A stretch of DNA of 43,141 nucleotides from Cyanophyceae cyanobacterium. Lineage in GTDB: Bacteria; Cyanobacteriota; Cyanobacteriia; Cyanobacteriales; Laspinemataceae. The position numbers and the translations under genes were made by a program. The notes beneath the pieces are model-generated. The model made no database searches. It saw only the letters and a list, made by a program, of their open reading frames with translations, and was not told the origin of the DNA. The DNA lies in NCBI GenBank assembly GCA_038321985.1, contig JBBQFN010000041.1:1-43141 (forward strand), written 5' to 3'. Shown piece by piece: positions 9,363 through 18,995 of this stretch (the first letter of the stretch is position 1; each line of letters opens with the position of its first letter).

Positions 9363-9638
9363 CAAAAACCGCTCTTTTTCCTAAAAAATCCGTCGTTCAA
9401 GACTGCAAAAGTGCTGAAAAGGTAAAGTTTGTAACAAACGAATTGTAAGGTTTTGGTAACTATTGTTGCATCTTATGTTGTGTCGATCCAATCCCGGATA
9501 AATACGGTATGGTGTAAATATAAAGGAATTATTAAGCCTACTGGAAGAACCGCGATAGTGATTTTTCGAGTAGCGTATCAGTAAATCCGCTTTAGCCAAT
9601 CCCCGACAAGAGATTGGTTTTTGTTGGCAGGAGGAAAT

Positions 9639-9866
9639 ATGAATCCCTTAATGCTACGTCAAATTTGGTCCTTGATAGAAAAAACCCAGGTTAACGTTTT
9701 GTTAAGCCTAGATGATGCAAGCTTGGTGCAGTGGTTGCTTAAGCAGTTTAGACAAGAGCAACCCCTCGATCCCGATCAAGTGAATGTAGTGAATGCGTAC
9801 TTGCGATCGCGACTCTCTCTGATTCGCGATATCGCTAACGAACGAATTGCTACAGAAATGGGATAA
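9639..9866 (+). CDS. Small cyanobacterial hypothetical protein (75 aa)
   Basis: AGGAGG Shine-Dalgarno before ATG at 9639; LRQIWSLIE..Q...LL.LDD..LV.WL...Y..SRL.LIRD pattern resembles a cyanobacterial small-protein family (from memory). Confidence 0.75.
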   Translation: MNPLMLRQIWSLIEKTQVNVLLSLDDASLVQWLLKQFRQEQPLDPDQVNVVNAYLRSRLSLIRDIANERIATEMG

Positions 9867-10077
9867 CCCCTTGCAAAGTACCCGGGTTCCCTTGGCCCAC
9901 CTCTATTTTTCCAGAATTGGTGACCGATCGCGGTTAAGTTTGTCCCTCGGAAATAGGGGGATAATGACCGTGATGGAATACGTGACTCCACCCTTAAACC
10001 CATCAGGAAAGACCTGCTGCGATCGCCACAGTAGTAGGTCTTTTCATCGTTTGAACCCCCAGGCTTTCCCCAGTCGT

Positions 10078-10091
10078 GTAAGATAAAATAC
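10078..10091 (+). promoter_or_regulatory. Putative NtcA binding site upstream of amino-acid ABC operon
   Basis: tGTA-AGATAAAA-TACa full consensus, 57 nt before the natF ATG; imperfect -10 (TGCAAT) exactly 22 nt downstream. Confidence 0.6.
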
Positions 10092-10148
10092 AGGCTTTAA
10101 AGAACAAGCGCACTGCAATCGGCCAATTCAATACAAAAAATTATACAG

Positions 10149-11207
10149 ATGGGTAAACGGGGATTATTGACGCTGGCAAGCGTATTTCTGGCGATCGCTG
10201 CCAGCGCTTGTGGGGGCCCATCGGGTGAACCCAACGCCAATGTTGCCACAGGTTCCCAGAAGCTGGCTCAAATCCAGAATCAGGGCCAGATCGTCTGTGG
10301 TGTGAGTGGGGAGTTACCCGGATTTAGTTATGTAGACGCCACGGGTAAATATGCGGGACTGGATGTAGATATTTGCCGGGCGATCGCTGCGGCTATTTTT
10401 GACGACCCCGACGCCGTAGAATTCCGAAATCTGAATGCAAAAGAACGGTTTACCGCTGTTAAAAGTGGGGAAGTTGATATCCTGAGTCGGAATACCACCT
10501 GGACCCTTAGCCGGGATACAGGGGCTGTGGGTATGGCCTTTGCCCCGGTGGTATTCTATGACGGACAAGGGATTATGGTCCGTAAAAATAGTGGGATTAC
10601 AACCGTCGCTGGCCTGAAGGATAAAGCAATTTGTACCCAAACGGGGACCACAAATGAGCAAAATATCGCCGATCGCATGGCAAGTCTCGGCATCAACTAT
10701 CAACTCGTGGTCTTTGAAGATATTAATGTTGCCTACGCGACTTATCTTCAGGGTCGCTGTCAAGGGGTAACCTCTGATCGTTCTCAATTGGTGTCTCGGC
10801 GATCGCAATTTCCTGACGCCGAACAACATCTAATTTTAGAAGAAACCATTTCTAAAGAACCCCTAGCCCCAGCGGTGGCACCAGGGGACCCAAACTGGTC
10901 AGATCTGGTGAATTGGATTATTTATAGCACCATCTATGCTGAAGAACTCGGAATTACTTCAGAAAATGTCGAAGAGATGGCGAATAGTACCAATCCTGAA
11001 ATCAGACGCTTTTTAGGAACGGAAGGTAATTTAGGTCAAGACTTAGGATTGAGCAATGATTTTGCCCAAAGAACCATCCGTCATGTAGGGAACTATGGAG
11101 AAATTTACAATCGCCATTTAGGACCAGAAACGCCTTTAAATCTCGATCGCGGATTGAATAAATTATGGACGGATGGCGGGTTGATGTATTCCCCACCCTT
11201 TCGGTAA
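10149..11207 (+). CDS. natF: Polar amino-acid ABC transporter substrate-binding lipoprotein (AapJ/BztA/NatF family)
   Basis: Lipobox ASAC; CGVSGELPGF, GLDVDICRAIAAA, SRNTTWT.SRD, ISKEPL, GNYGEIY.R, C-terminal YSPPFR. Confidence 0.93.
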   Translation: MGKRGLLTLASVFLAIAASACGGPSGEPNANVATGSQKLAQIQNQGQIVCGVSGELPGFSYVDATGKYAGLDVDICRAIAAAIFDDPDAVEFRNLNAKERFTAVKSGEVDILSRNTTWTLSRDTGAVGMAFAPVVFYDGQGIMVRKNSGITTVAGLKDKAICTQTGTTNEQNIADRMASLGINYQLVVFEDINVAYATYLQGRCQGVTSDRSQLVSRRSQFPDAEQHLILEETISKEPLAPAVAPGDPNWSDLVNWIIYSTIYAEELGITSENVEEMANSTNPEIRRFLGTEGNLGQDLGLSNDFAQRTIRHVGNYGEIYNRHLGPETPLNLDRGLNKLWTDGGLMYSPPFR

Positions 11208-11254
11208 TGATGCTTTGAAATCGAATGTTTCAATAACTCGGGAAGAATTAAATT

Positions 11255-12220
11255 ATGGGTTTAGGTGTATTAATTGATGGGAAATGGGTAAGCCAGCGCA
11301 ATCAGGAGGATAGCGGGGGGCGATTTGTGCGCCCTACTACAACCTTTCGCAATCGGATTACTGCCGATGGTGCGAGTGGATATCCAGCGGTTGCTGGACG
11401 CTATCATTTGTATGTGTCTTTAGCTTGTCCTTGGGCCCATCGCACTCTGATTTTGCGCTCATTGAAAGGGTTAGAAGAGGCCATTAGCCTCTCGGTGGTT
11501 TCCCCAGTGATTGATGAAAATAGCTGGGAATTTTCTGAGTATCCGGGGATGATTCCTGACTCGGTTAATCACTGCGATTATTTATGGCAACTGTATCTTA
11601 AAGCGGATTCTAATTACAGTGGGCGAGTGACTGTGCCGGTTTTATGGGATACAGAAACAAATCAAATTATCAATAATGAGTCCCGAGAAATTATCCGAAT
11701 GTTGGATACGGAGTTTGAGGGAATTGCTTCCTACTCTATAAATTTATATCCATCGGATTTGCAAACCACCATTGATGAAACTATTGATGCGATTTATCAA
11801 CCGATTAATAATGGGGTTTATCGAGCCGGATTTGCGACGACCCAGGCGGCGTATGAAGAAGGGGTAACGGATTTATTTAATGCCTTGGACTACTGGGAGA
11901 AGATTCTCGGGAACCAGCGTTATTTATGTGGCGATCGCCTCACGGAAGCAGATGTTTGTATGTTTACTACCCTGGTGCGGTTTGATTTGGTTTATTATGT
12001 TCACTTCAAGTGTAATTTACGGCGAATTGTAGACTATCCCAATTTATGGAATTATCTCAAGGATTTATATCAACATCCTCAGATAAAATCCACTTGCGAT
12101 TTTGACCATATTAAACAGCATTATTATCGGAGTCATCCCAAAGTTAATCCGGCTGGAATTGTGCCGAAAGGACCGATAATTAATTGGGACGAACCCCACG
12201 ATCGCAATCGGTTGGGGTAA
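11255..12220 (+). CDS. Glutathionyl-hydroquinone reductase (Xi-class GST, YqjG-like)
   Basis: RYHLYVSLACPWAHR, RVTVPVLWD, INNESREI, NNGVYRAGFA, HIKQHYYRSH..NP.GIVP.GP. Confidence 0.93.
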   Translation: MGLGVLIDGKWVSQRNQEDSGGRFVRPTTTFRNRITADGASGYPAVAGRYHLYVSLACPWAHRTLILRSLKGLEEAISLSVVSPVIDENSWEFSEYPGMIPDSVNHCDYLWQLYLKADSNYSGRVTVPVLWDTETNQIINNESREIIRMLDTEFEGIASYSINLYPSDLQTTIDETIDAIYQPINNGVYRAGFATTQAAYEEGVTDLFNALDYWEKILGNQRYLCGDRLTEADVCMFTTLVRFDLVYYVHFKCNLRRIVDYPNLWNYLKDLYQHPQIKSTCDFDHIKQHYYRSHPKVNPAGIVPKGPIINWDEPHDRNRLG

Positions 12221-12251
12221 ACTTCTCGGTACAAGTTGAGGGAGACAGAAA

Positions 12252-13214
12252 ATGAGAAAATTTTGGCGCGATCGCCGGTTTTGGTTTGTTGCCATTCAAG
12301 CAGTCGCTGTCCTCTCTATCGCAATCGTTGGGTTAACCCTGTGGCAAAACCTGAATCGCAACTTACAACAGCAAGGAATGAGCCTGGGATTTAACTTTTT
12401 AGGGTCTCAGGCTGCTTTTGATATTGGCGAAACCTTGATTTCCTACGACAGAAGTGCTACCTACGCAAGAGCTTTATGGGTAGGATTGCTAAATTCATTG
12501 CGAGTAATGGTGGTAGGAATTATTCTGGCAACGGCGATAGGGGTTACCGTGGGAGTGGGGCGATTATGGGATAATTGGCTATTGCGAAAACTCTCGTTAG
12601 TGTATGTAGAAATTATCCGGAATACTCCGTTATTGCTGCAATTATTTTTCTGGTATTCGGCGGTTTTCTTGAGTTTACCCGGGCTACAAGATGCGATAAA
12701 ATTGCCAGGAAGGATTTATCTAAGTCAGCAAGTTGTAGCCGTTCCCTTGCCTTGGACTGTGCCAGAAGTCCTGGAAAATGGGCAAATTGTGGGGGGGTTG
12801 CAACTCTCACCGGAATTATCAGCATTGTTGCTAGGATTGAGTTTTTATACGGCGGCATTTATTGCTGAAATCGTGCGCGCCGGGATTGAATCCGTGCCAA
12901 AAGGACAGTGGGAAGCAGGGCGATCGCTGGGATTAAAACCGGGTTTAATGATGCGATTGGTGATTTTTCCCCAAGCGTTGCGAACCATGGTCCCATCCCT
13001 GACGAGTCAATACCTGAATTTAGCAAAAAATACCAGTTTGGCGATCGCGATCGGCTATCCCGATATTTACTTTGTTGCCTCAACGACATTCAATCAAACG
13101 GGACGGGCGGTAGAAGTGATGATCATACTAATGGGAACTTATTTAACCATTAGTTTAGTAATTTCAATTTTACTTAATTTTTATAATAAAAGCGTACAAA
13201 TTAAAGAACGCTAA
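12252..13214 (+). CDS. natG: Amino-acid ABC transporter permease (AapQ/NatG family)
   Basis: GLLNSLRV, RNTPLLLQL, AFIAEIVRAGI, EAA loop GQWEAGRSLGL, YLNLAKNTSLA. Confidence 0.92.
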   Translation: MRKFWRDRRFWFVAIQAVAVLSIAIVGLTLWQNLNRNLQQQGMSLGFNFLGSQAAFDIGETLISYDRSATYARALWVGLLNSLRVMVVGIILATAIGVTVGVGRLWDNWLLRKLSLVYVEIIRNTPLLLQLFFWYSAVFLSLPGLQDAIKLPGRIYLSQQVVAVPLPWTVPEVLENGQIVGGLQLSPELSALLLGLSFYTAAFIAEIVRAGIESVPKGQWEAGRSLGLKPGLMMRLVIFPQALRTMVPSLTSQYLNLAKNTSLAIAIGYPDIYFVASTTFNQTGRAVEVMIILMGTYLTISLVISILLNFYNKSVQIKER

Positions 13215-13243
13215 ATTTTAGATTCCTAAGAAATATAAATAAT

Positions 13244-14287
13244 ATGAATAACCCCCCGCAACTTCCTCCGCCCAAACTTAAAGTTTCTCCCTGGATATGG
13301 GCTAAAAAAAACTTATTTAACACCTGGTATAATAGCATTTTGACGGTGTTTTTTTTCGGATTGATTTATCAGCTAGGGGGCGGATTGTTGCATTGGGTAG
13401 TCACCCTCGCCGATTGGCAAGTGGTGGGGGTAAACTGGCGGTTATTTTTAGTGGGAAGGTATCCCTCCAAACTTTATTGGCGCGTGGGAATGGCAAAGGG
13501 GGTAATCGCTGGCGCTGGTGCCTTTTCTTTCTGGGCGATCCGCTGGCGTCCTCGCTTCATTCCATGGCTTCCTTTGGCCTGGATTTTGGCATTTCCAGTG
13601 ATTCTCTGGTTAATCGGGGGTGGGTACGGATTGCGACAGGTTCCGACTCAGCTATGGACCGGGTTATTGCTCACCTTGCTAACTGCAATTGTTAGTATTG
13701 TGTTATCATTTCCAGCCGGAGTATTGTTGGCATTGGGACGCCAAAGTTCTCTCCCTGTCTTGCGCTGGTTGTGCATTTTTTATATTGAAATTGTCCGGGG
13801 ATTGCCACTGATTGGGATTTTGTTTATGGCGCAGGTGATGCTGCCTTTATTCTTACCCGTGGAGGTGCGTCTTGATCGTGTGATGCGGGCGATCGCGGGA
13901 TTGAGTCTATTTAGTGCCGCTTATATGGCAGAAAATGTGCGCGGGGGTTTGCAATCCGTCCCTCGCGGACAAATTGAAGCTGCTAAAGCCCTGGGATTAG
14001 CAACTCCTTGGGTAATCCTACTGATTGTATTACCCCAAGCATTACGCGCCGTGATTCCCGCCATTGTTGGGCAATTTATTGGATTATTTAAAGATACCTC
14101 TTTACTCGCGCTTGTGGGTTTAGTAGAATTAACAGGGATGGCAAGAGCTATTCTGGCTCAACCGGAATTTATTGGGGACTACGCGGAGGTCTACATTTTT
14201 GTTGGCTTGATTTACTGGATTTTCTGTTATGGAATGTCCTTTGCGAGTCGCCGATTAGAGCGTAAATTAGCCGTTGGAAAATCCTGA
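13244..14287 (+). CDS. natH: Amino-acid ABC transporter permease (AapM/NatH family)
   Basis: W..KNLF..W.N..LT, RGLPLI, AYMAENVRGGLQ, GQIEAAKALGL, FIGLFKDTSL. Confidence 0.92.
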   Translation: MNNPPQLPPPKLKVSPWIWAKKNLFNTWYNSILTVFFFGLIYQLGGGLLHWVVTLADWQVVGVNWRLFLVGRYPSKLYWRVGMAKGVIAGAGAFSFWAIRWRPRFIPWLPLAWILAFPVILWLIGGGYGLRQVPTQLWTGLLLTLLTAIVSIVLSFPAGVLLALGRQSSLPVLRWLCIFYIEIVRGLPLIGILFMAQVMLPLFLPVEVRLDRVMRAIAGLSLFSAAYMAENVRGGLQSVPRGQIEAAKALGLATPWVILLIVLPQALRAVIPAIVGQFIGLFKDTSLLALVGLVELTGMARAILAQPEFIGDYAEVYIFVGLIYWIFCYGMSFASRRLERKLAVGKS

Positions 14288-14352
14288 AGGCGATCGCCTG
14301 CTAAATTCGCTCATTTTTCACCTAAGTATTTAAAAACAACCCTCTCTTATTT

Positions 14353-14847
14353 ATGTATGACCGGAGTTTACAAAAGGTTGCTAACCGTTTAGCAAAAACC
14401 CTAGAACAGGATAAATTAATTCAAGAAACTACCCATGAATTAAGAGACGTTCTCAACGTTAATCGTATCCTCTTGTATTACTTTTATTCTCAGTGGAAAG
14501 GACAAGTTACCTTTGAATCCGTGAGTGATGTAGAGTTTTCCCTTTTTGGGCAAGCTGGACCCGACCAATGTTTTAATGATGAATATGCGGCTTTATATTT
14601 GCAGGGACGAGTCCGCGCGATTTTTGATATCGAAAACGAACCTATAGATGAGTGTCATCGGAAGTTTCTTCAGACTCTACAAGTTCGGGCAAATTTAGTG
14701 GTTCCGATTCTCTCCCCTAAAGGACTGTGGGGATTACTCGTCGCCCATCACTGTCAGGATACTCGTCCGTGGTCCTTAAAAGATATAAAAATGATGCAAG
14801 ATGCCGCAGCAATTTTAGGAAATGCGGCCACTATTCGAGATAGTTAA
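14353..14847 (+). CDS. Stand-alone DXCF-type cyanobacteriochrome GAF protein
   Basis: D-Q-C-F (DXCF) motif, Y..GRVRAI.DI, canonical Cys-His (ECH), LQVRANLVVPI, LWGLLVAHHC, RPW; no output domain. Confidence 0.88.
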   Translation: MYDRSLQKVANRLAKTLEQDKLIQETTHELRDVLNVNRILLYYFYSQWKGQVTFESVSDVEFSLFGQAGPDQCFNDEYAALYLQGRVRAIFDIENEPIDECHRKFLQTLQVRANLVVPILSPKGLWGLLVAHHCQDTRPWSLKDIKMMQDAAAILGNAATIRDS

Positions 14848-14913
14848 GGGAAGGGCGAAGTATGGGCCGGATTTAGGGATGAAAAATAACCCAGGGCTAA
14901 TGGGCAATAAACA

Positions 14914-15663
14914 ATGACTAATGAGCCACAATTAAAGCCAATTATTATTGCTGAAAATGTCCACAAATGGTATGGACAATTTCATGCCCTGCAAGGAGTT
15001 AGTCTGACCATTGATCCGGGAGAAGTGGTGGTAATTATGGGGCCATCCGGTTCGGGTAAATCGACCTTTATCCGCACCTTTAATGCCCTGGAAGAGTATC
15101 AACAAGGACGGATTGAAATTGATGGCATTGAACTATCCAACGACTTGAAGAATATTGATACCATTCGCCGGGAAGTAGGGATGGTATTTCAGCAGTTTAA
15201 TCTGTTTCCCCACCTTACTGTTTTGCAAAACGTGACTTTAGCCCCCAAATGGGTGCGTCGATGGTCTAATGTAAAGGCAGAAGAAGTGGGGATGCAGTTA
15301 TTAGAACGGGTCGGAATCCTGGAACAGGCGCGGAAATATCCCGGGCAATTATCGGGAGGACAGCAGCAACGAGTGGCGATCGCCCGCGCCTTGGCAATGC
15401 AACCTAAAATTATGTTATTTGATGAACCCACCTCCGCTTTAGACCCGGAAATGGTCCGGGAAGTCCTAGAAGTCATGCAGAATTTGGCAACATCTGGGAT
15501 GACAATGGTGGTGGTGACCCATGAAGTTGGTTTTGCCCGCGAAGTTGCCGATCGCGTGGTGTTTATGGATGGGGGAATTGTCATTGAAGTAGCAACACCC
15601 ACTAATTTTTTTCAAAATCCCCAAGAAGAACGAACCCGCCAATTTTTATCTCAAATTTTGTAG
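14914..15663 (+). CDS. bgtA: Polar amino-acid ABC transporter ATP-binding protein
   Basis: Walker [42 protein letters not shown]. Confidence 0.93.
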   Translation: MTNEPQLKPIIIAENVHKWYGQFHALQGVSLTIDPGEVVVIMGPSGSGKSTFIRTFNALEEYQQGRIEIDGIELSNDLKNIDTIRREVGMVFQQFNLFPHLTVLQNVTLAPKWVRRWSNVKAEEVGMQLLERVGILEQARKYPGQLSGGQQQRVAIARALAMQPKIMLFDEPTSALDPEMVREVLEVMQNLATSGMTMVVVTHEVGFAREVADRVVFMDGGIVIEVATPTNFFQNPQEERTRQFLSQIL

Positions 15664-15703
15664 GCGGTAGATGGAAGGATTAATAGGAAAGTATTAAGTA
15701 ATT

Positions 15704-15964
15704 ATGAATGAAAATACCATTACGCTTTTAGGATTGCTGGCGGGAACTTTAACTACCGTGGCTTTTGTCCCTCAAGTTCTAAAAACTTGGAAATCTAAAT
15801 CCACCAAGGATGTTTCGTTAAATACTTTTTTAATGTTTTGCACCGGAGTGTTTTTATGGCTAATTTATGGTTTGTTTAAGCAAGATATAGCGGTAATTTT
15901 GGCAAATTTTATCACTTTTATTTTAGCCTCCATTATTTTAGGTCTTAAACTAAAATATAAATAG
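15704..15964 (+). CDS. SemiSWEET (PQ-loop) family transporter
   Basis: LGLLAGTLTT.AFVPQ..KTW..KS.KDVS, LWLIYG, VILAN; 3 TM helices in 86 aa. Confidence 0.9.
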   Translation: MNENTITLLGLLAGTLTTVAFVPQVLKTWKSKSTKDVSLNTFLMFCTGVFLWLIYGLFKQDIAVILANFITFILASIILGLKLKYK

Positions 15965-16045
15965 GTGAATATCAAGACCTCAACAATCTGCGAGGGTTCA
16001 AACCTGCTGCGGTTGTCGCAACCTGTCCTAATTTAACCCCTGCCT

Positions 16046-17689
16046 GTGACTCCTTCTGCATTTGACTCTGAACATCTTTTATTTACCCCGGCGACTGCTG
16101 ATGCCGATGGGATTCCGGTAATTTACGCCTTTCCCAATGAGTACAGTGTAGGTATTACTAGCTTAGGCTATCAAGTCGTCTGGGCAACCCTGGCGACACG
16201 TCGGGATTTGCAAGTGTCGCGCTTATTTACGGACGTTCACGAACCCTTGCCTGGTGAACCCGAATTAGTGGGGTTTTCTATGTCTTGGGAATTGGATTAT
16301 GTGAATATCCTAGGGTTATTAGAATCTCTGGACATTCCGATTCGGGCGGGCGATCGCACCGAGGCCCACCCCCTGATTTTTGGAGGGGGACCCGTTTTGA
16401 CGGCGAACCCAGAACCCTTTGCAGACTTCTTTGATGTGATTTTACTCGGGGATGGGGAAAATCTCCTAGGTGAGTTTATTGAGGGGTATCAAGGGGTCAG
16501 AAATGCAGGGCGAGTGCAGCAGCTTCGGCATCTGGCGCAGGTTCCAGGCTTGTATGTACCGAGTTTGTATGAAGTCACTTATCACGGTTCCGACGGGGCG
16601 ATCGCCTCTATTCACCCCGTTGATGCAGAAATTCCGCCGACAGTCGCCAAACAAACCTATCGCGGAAATGTCCTATCCACCTCATCGGTAGTCACGGAAA
16701 AAGCCGCTTGGCCCGATATTTTTATGGTAGAAGTGGTGAGAAGTTGTCCAGAAATGTGTCGCTTTTGTTTAGCGAGTTATCTGACTTTACCCTTTAGAAC
16801 CGCGAGTTTAGAAGCGTCCTTAATTCCGGCGATCGAACGAGGTTTACAAGTGACCCGTCGGATTGGATTGTTAGGCGCTTCTGTAACCCAGCATCCCGAA
16901 TTTAATCAGTTGTTAGATTATCTCAATCAGCCCCAATTTGAGGACGTACGCTTGAGTATTGCCTCGGTGCGAACGAATACAGTGACGGAACAATTAGCTC
17001 AAACTTTGGCAAATCGAGGGACAAAATCTCTCACCATTGCCATAGAAAGTGGATCAGAACGGGTTCGGAAAATTGTTAATAAAAAATTAGAAAATCCGGA
17101 AATTATCCAAGCGGCGATCAATGCTAAATCCGGGGGATTAGCTGGGTTAAAACTGTACGGAATGGCGGGTATTCCCGGGGAGGAACTGGAAGATTTAGAG
17201 GCAACGGTGCAACTGTTGCGATCGCTCAAAACCGCTGCCCCGGGTTTGCGCCTAACCTTTGGCTGTAGCACCTTTGTACCAAAAGCTCATACGCCTTTTC
17301 AGTGGTTTGGGGTCAATCCTCAAGCCGAAAAACGCTTGAAAAAGCTCCAGAAAGAGTTAGGCAAATCCGGGATAGATTTTCGGCCCGAAAGTTACAATTG
17401 GTCCGTGATGCAAGCCTTAATTTCCCGTGGCGATCGCCGTTTATCTTCCCTCTTAGAATTAGTTCGACATTATGGCGACACCCTCGGCAGCTATCGCCGC
17501 GCCTTTAAAGAACTACGCGGAACTTTACCCGACTTAGAATTTTACGTGCACGAGAATTGGGAATCAACCCAAATTTTACCCTGGAATCACATTTTAGGAC
17601 CCTTACCTGTGACAACTTTGCAGAAGCATCTCGCTGAGGCAACGAGTTATTTTCCTGGATCTGAAAAAATTATTTCCCCAGTGCTTTAG
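16046..17689 (+). CDS. Radical SAM protein with N-terminal B12-binding-like domain
   Basis: CPEMCRFC CX3CX2C motif, FPNEY..GITSLG, GGP...ANPEP, GDGE, FVPKAHTPFQW. Confidence 0.9.
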   Translation: MTPSAFDSEHLLFTPATADADGIPVIYAFPNEYSVGITSLGYQVVWATLATRRDLQVSRLFTDVHEPLPGEPELVGFSMSWELDYVNILGLLESLDIPIRAGDRTEAHPLIFGGGPVLTANPEPFADFFDVILLGDGENLLGEFIEGYQGVRNAGRVQQLRHLAQVPGLYVPSLYEVTYHGSDGAIASIHPVDAEIPPTVAKQTYRGNVLSTSSVVTEKAAWPDIFMVEVVRSCPEMCRFCLASYLTLPFRTASLEASLIPAIERGLQVTRRIGLLGASVTQHPEFNQLLDYLNQPQFEDVRLSIASVRTNTVTEQLAQTLANRGTKSLTIAIESGSERVRKIVNKKLENPEIIQAAINAKSGGLAGLKLYGMAGIPGEELEDLEATVQLLRSLKTAAPGLRLTFGCSTFVPKAHTPFQWFGVNPQAEKRLKKLQKELGKSGIDFRPESYNWSVMQALISRGDRRLSSLLELVRHYGDTLGSYRRAFKELRGTLPDLEFYVHENWESTQILPWNHILGPLPVTTLQKHLAEATSYFPGSEKIISPVL

Positions 17690-17798
17690 CGCAGCAAAAT
17701 CATAAAATTTATCAAAATGTTTTCCTATTCTGAGGGAAAGCGATTAGACTCAAGGAGTTACAGTTAAACGAATAAAAAGTTAATCTTTTTCAAAACTT

Positions 17799-18221
17799 AT
17801 GAACCTGAAGCAAAAAAGCTGGAAACTTTCAGTTGCGATCGCCGGGGTATTTTTACTCTACAGCCCCACCGTGGGTGCCGTCGTCACATCCAATCCTGTC
17901 CCAGCAACGGCTGAAGAAACTCACCCAATGCCCGTTCAAATTGCCCAAGAACGCTATTGTCCCGATGGTGCCGGGGGTGGTCCGTTGGTCGATTTCTATG
18001 AAACCGATAATTTTTGGATCTATATTTGCGAAGCCGATCAACTCTATTATTATGGCGTTGAAAAAGGGAGTGGGAGTTCTATCACTCTTCCCGTTTATGT
18101 GGAAGAGGGGACGGGATACGTTGCCGTCAACAAGGAATATACCTATATTGTTAATGGTCTAAGTTTGAGTATTTATCGCGGTGATACTCTCTTGCAAGAA
18201 GACTGGGTTTACAGAGAGTAA
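17799..18221 (+). CDS. Secreted hypothetical protein
   Basis: Signal peptide; QIAQ propeptide-like end; beta-rich domain with two Cys (YCP, YIC). Confidence 0.7.
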   Translation: MNLKQKSWKLSVAIAGVFLLYSPTVGAVVTSNPVPATAEETHPMPVQIAQERYCPDGAGGGPLVDFYETDNFWIYICEADQLYYYGVEKGSGSSITLPVYVEEGTGYVAVNKEYTYIVNGLSLSIYRGDTLLQEDWVYRE

Positions 18222-18260
18222 CGGTTTTCTGTCCTTCATTTTTTGAGGTGCATCTCTAGG

Positions 18261-18300
18261 GGAGTGATTTCGAGAATTTATGGTAAAATTAAATCACTCC
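18261..18300. promoter_or_regulatory. Perfect 10-bp inverted repeat enclosing an extended -10 box
   Basis: GGAGTGATTT-N20-AAATCACTCC; TG-g-TAAAAT at 18281-18289 inside the spacer. Confidence 0.45.
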
Positions 18301-18325
18301 TGGTTTTTGATTAAAATTACGCTGT

Positions 18326-18514
18326 ATGCAGACAACAGCTAACTATTATTGTGCTTATTGCGGCGAAGATAATTTAATTTTTGTAGATTTAAGTGCCGGT
18401 AGCTACCAGTCGTATATTGAAGATTGTCAAGTTTGCTGCCAGCCCAATATCTTATCCCTTCAAATTGATGAAGATACGCTTGATGTTGAAATTAGCAGCG
18501 AGCCCGAAAGCTAA
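18326..18514 (+). CDS. CPXCG-motif cysteine-rich small protein
   Basis: CAYCGE...DLSAG..QSYIEDCQVCCQP. Confidence 0.85.
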   Translation: MQTTANYYCAYCGEDNLIFVDLSAGSYQSYIEDCQVCCQPNILSLQIDEDTLDVEISSEPES

Positions 18515-18538
18515 ACCCGGAAAAATTAAGGATAATGT

Positions 18539-18988
18539 ATGCTACATTTCAAATATTCTAGCCTGATTAATGCCCCGGTAGAAGTTGTTTGGAACTTTCA
18601 CGAAAGACCGGATATTTTGCAGCAATTAACTCCCCCCTGGCAACCCGTGCAAATTATCCGTAGAGAAGGGGGTTTAGAAGTTGGGGCTATTTCAGAATTC
18701 AGGATTTTTTTAGGACCGATTCCTGTGCGGTGGGTGGCGCAACATACCGCCTGTGAACCTTATCATTTGTTTATTGATGAACAAGAAGAAGGACCGATGG
18801 AACGTTGGACCCATCGTCATGAATTTATCCCAGAAAATGGGAAAACCCGCTTAATTGATGCGATCGATTATGCCATACCCGGAGGATGGATGGCTGATTT
18901 GATGCTGGGTTGGTTTGTAGATGCACGTTTGCGGGATATGTTTCGTTATCGCCACGGAGTGACTCAACGAGAGTGCGATCGCCGTTAG
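18539..18988 (+). CDS. SRPBCC (START/polyketide cyclase-like) family protein
   Basis: INAPVEVVWNFH, LTPPW, FIDEQ..GP...W.H.H.F, MFRYRH. Confidence 0.88.
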   Translation: MLHFKYSSLINAPVEVVWNFHERPDILQQLTPPWQPVQIIRREGGLEVGAISEFRIFLGPIPVRWVAQHTACEPYHLFIDEQEEGPMERWTHRHEFIPENGKTRLIDAIDYAIPGGWMADLMLGWFVDARLRDMFRYRHGVTQRECDRR

Positions 18989-18995
18989 TTCGGAG

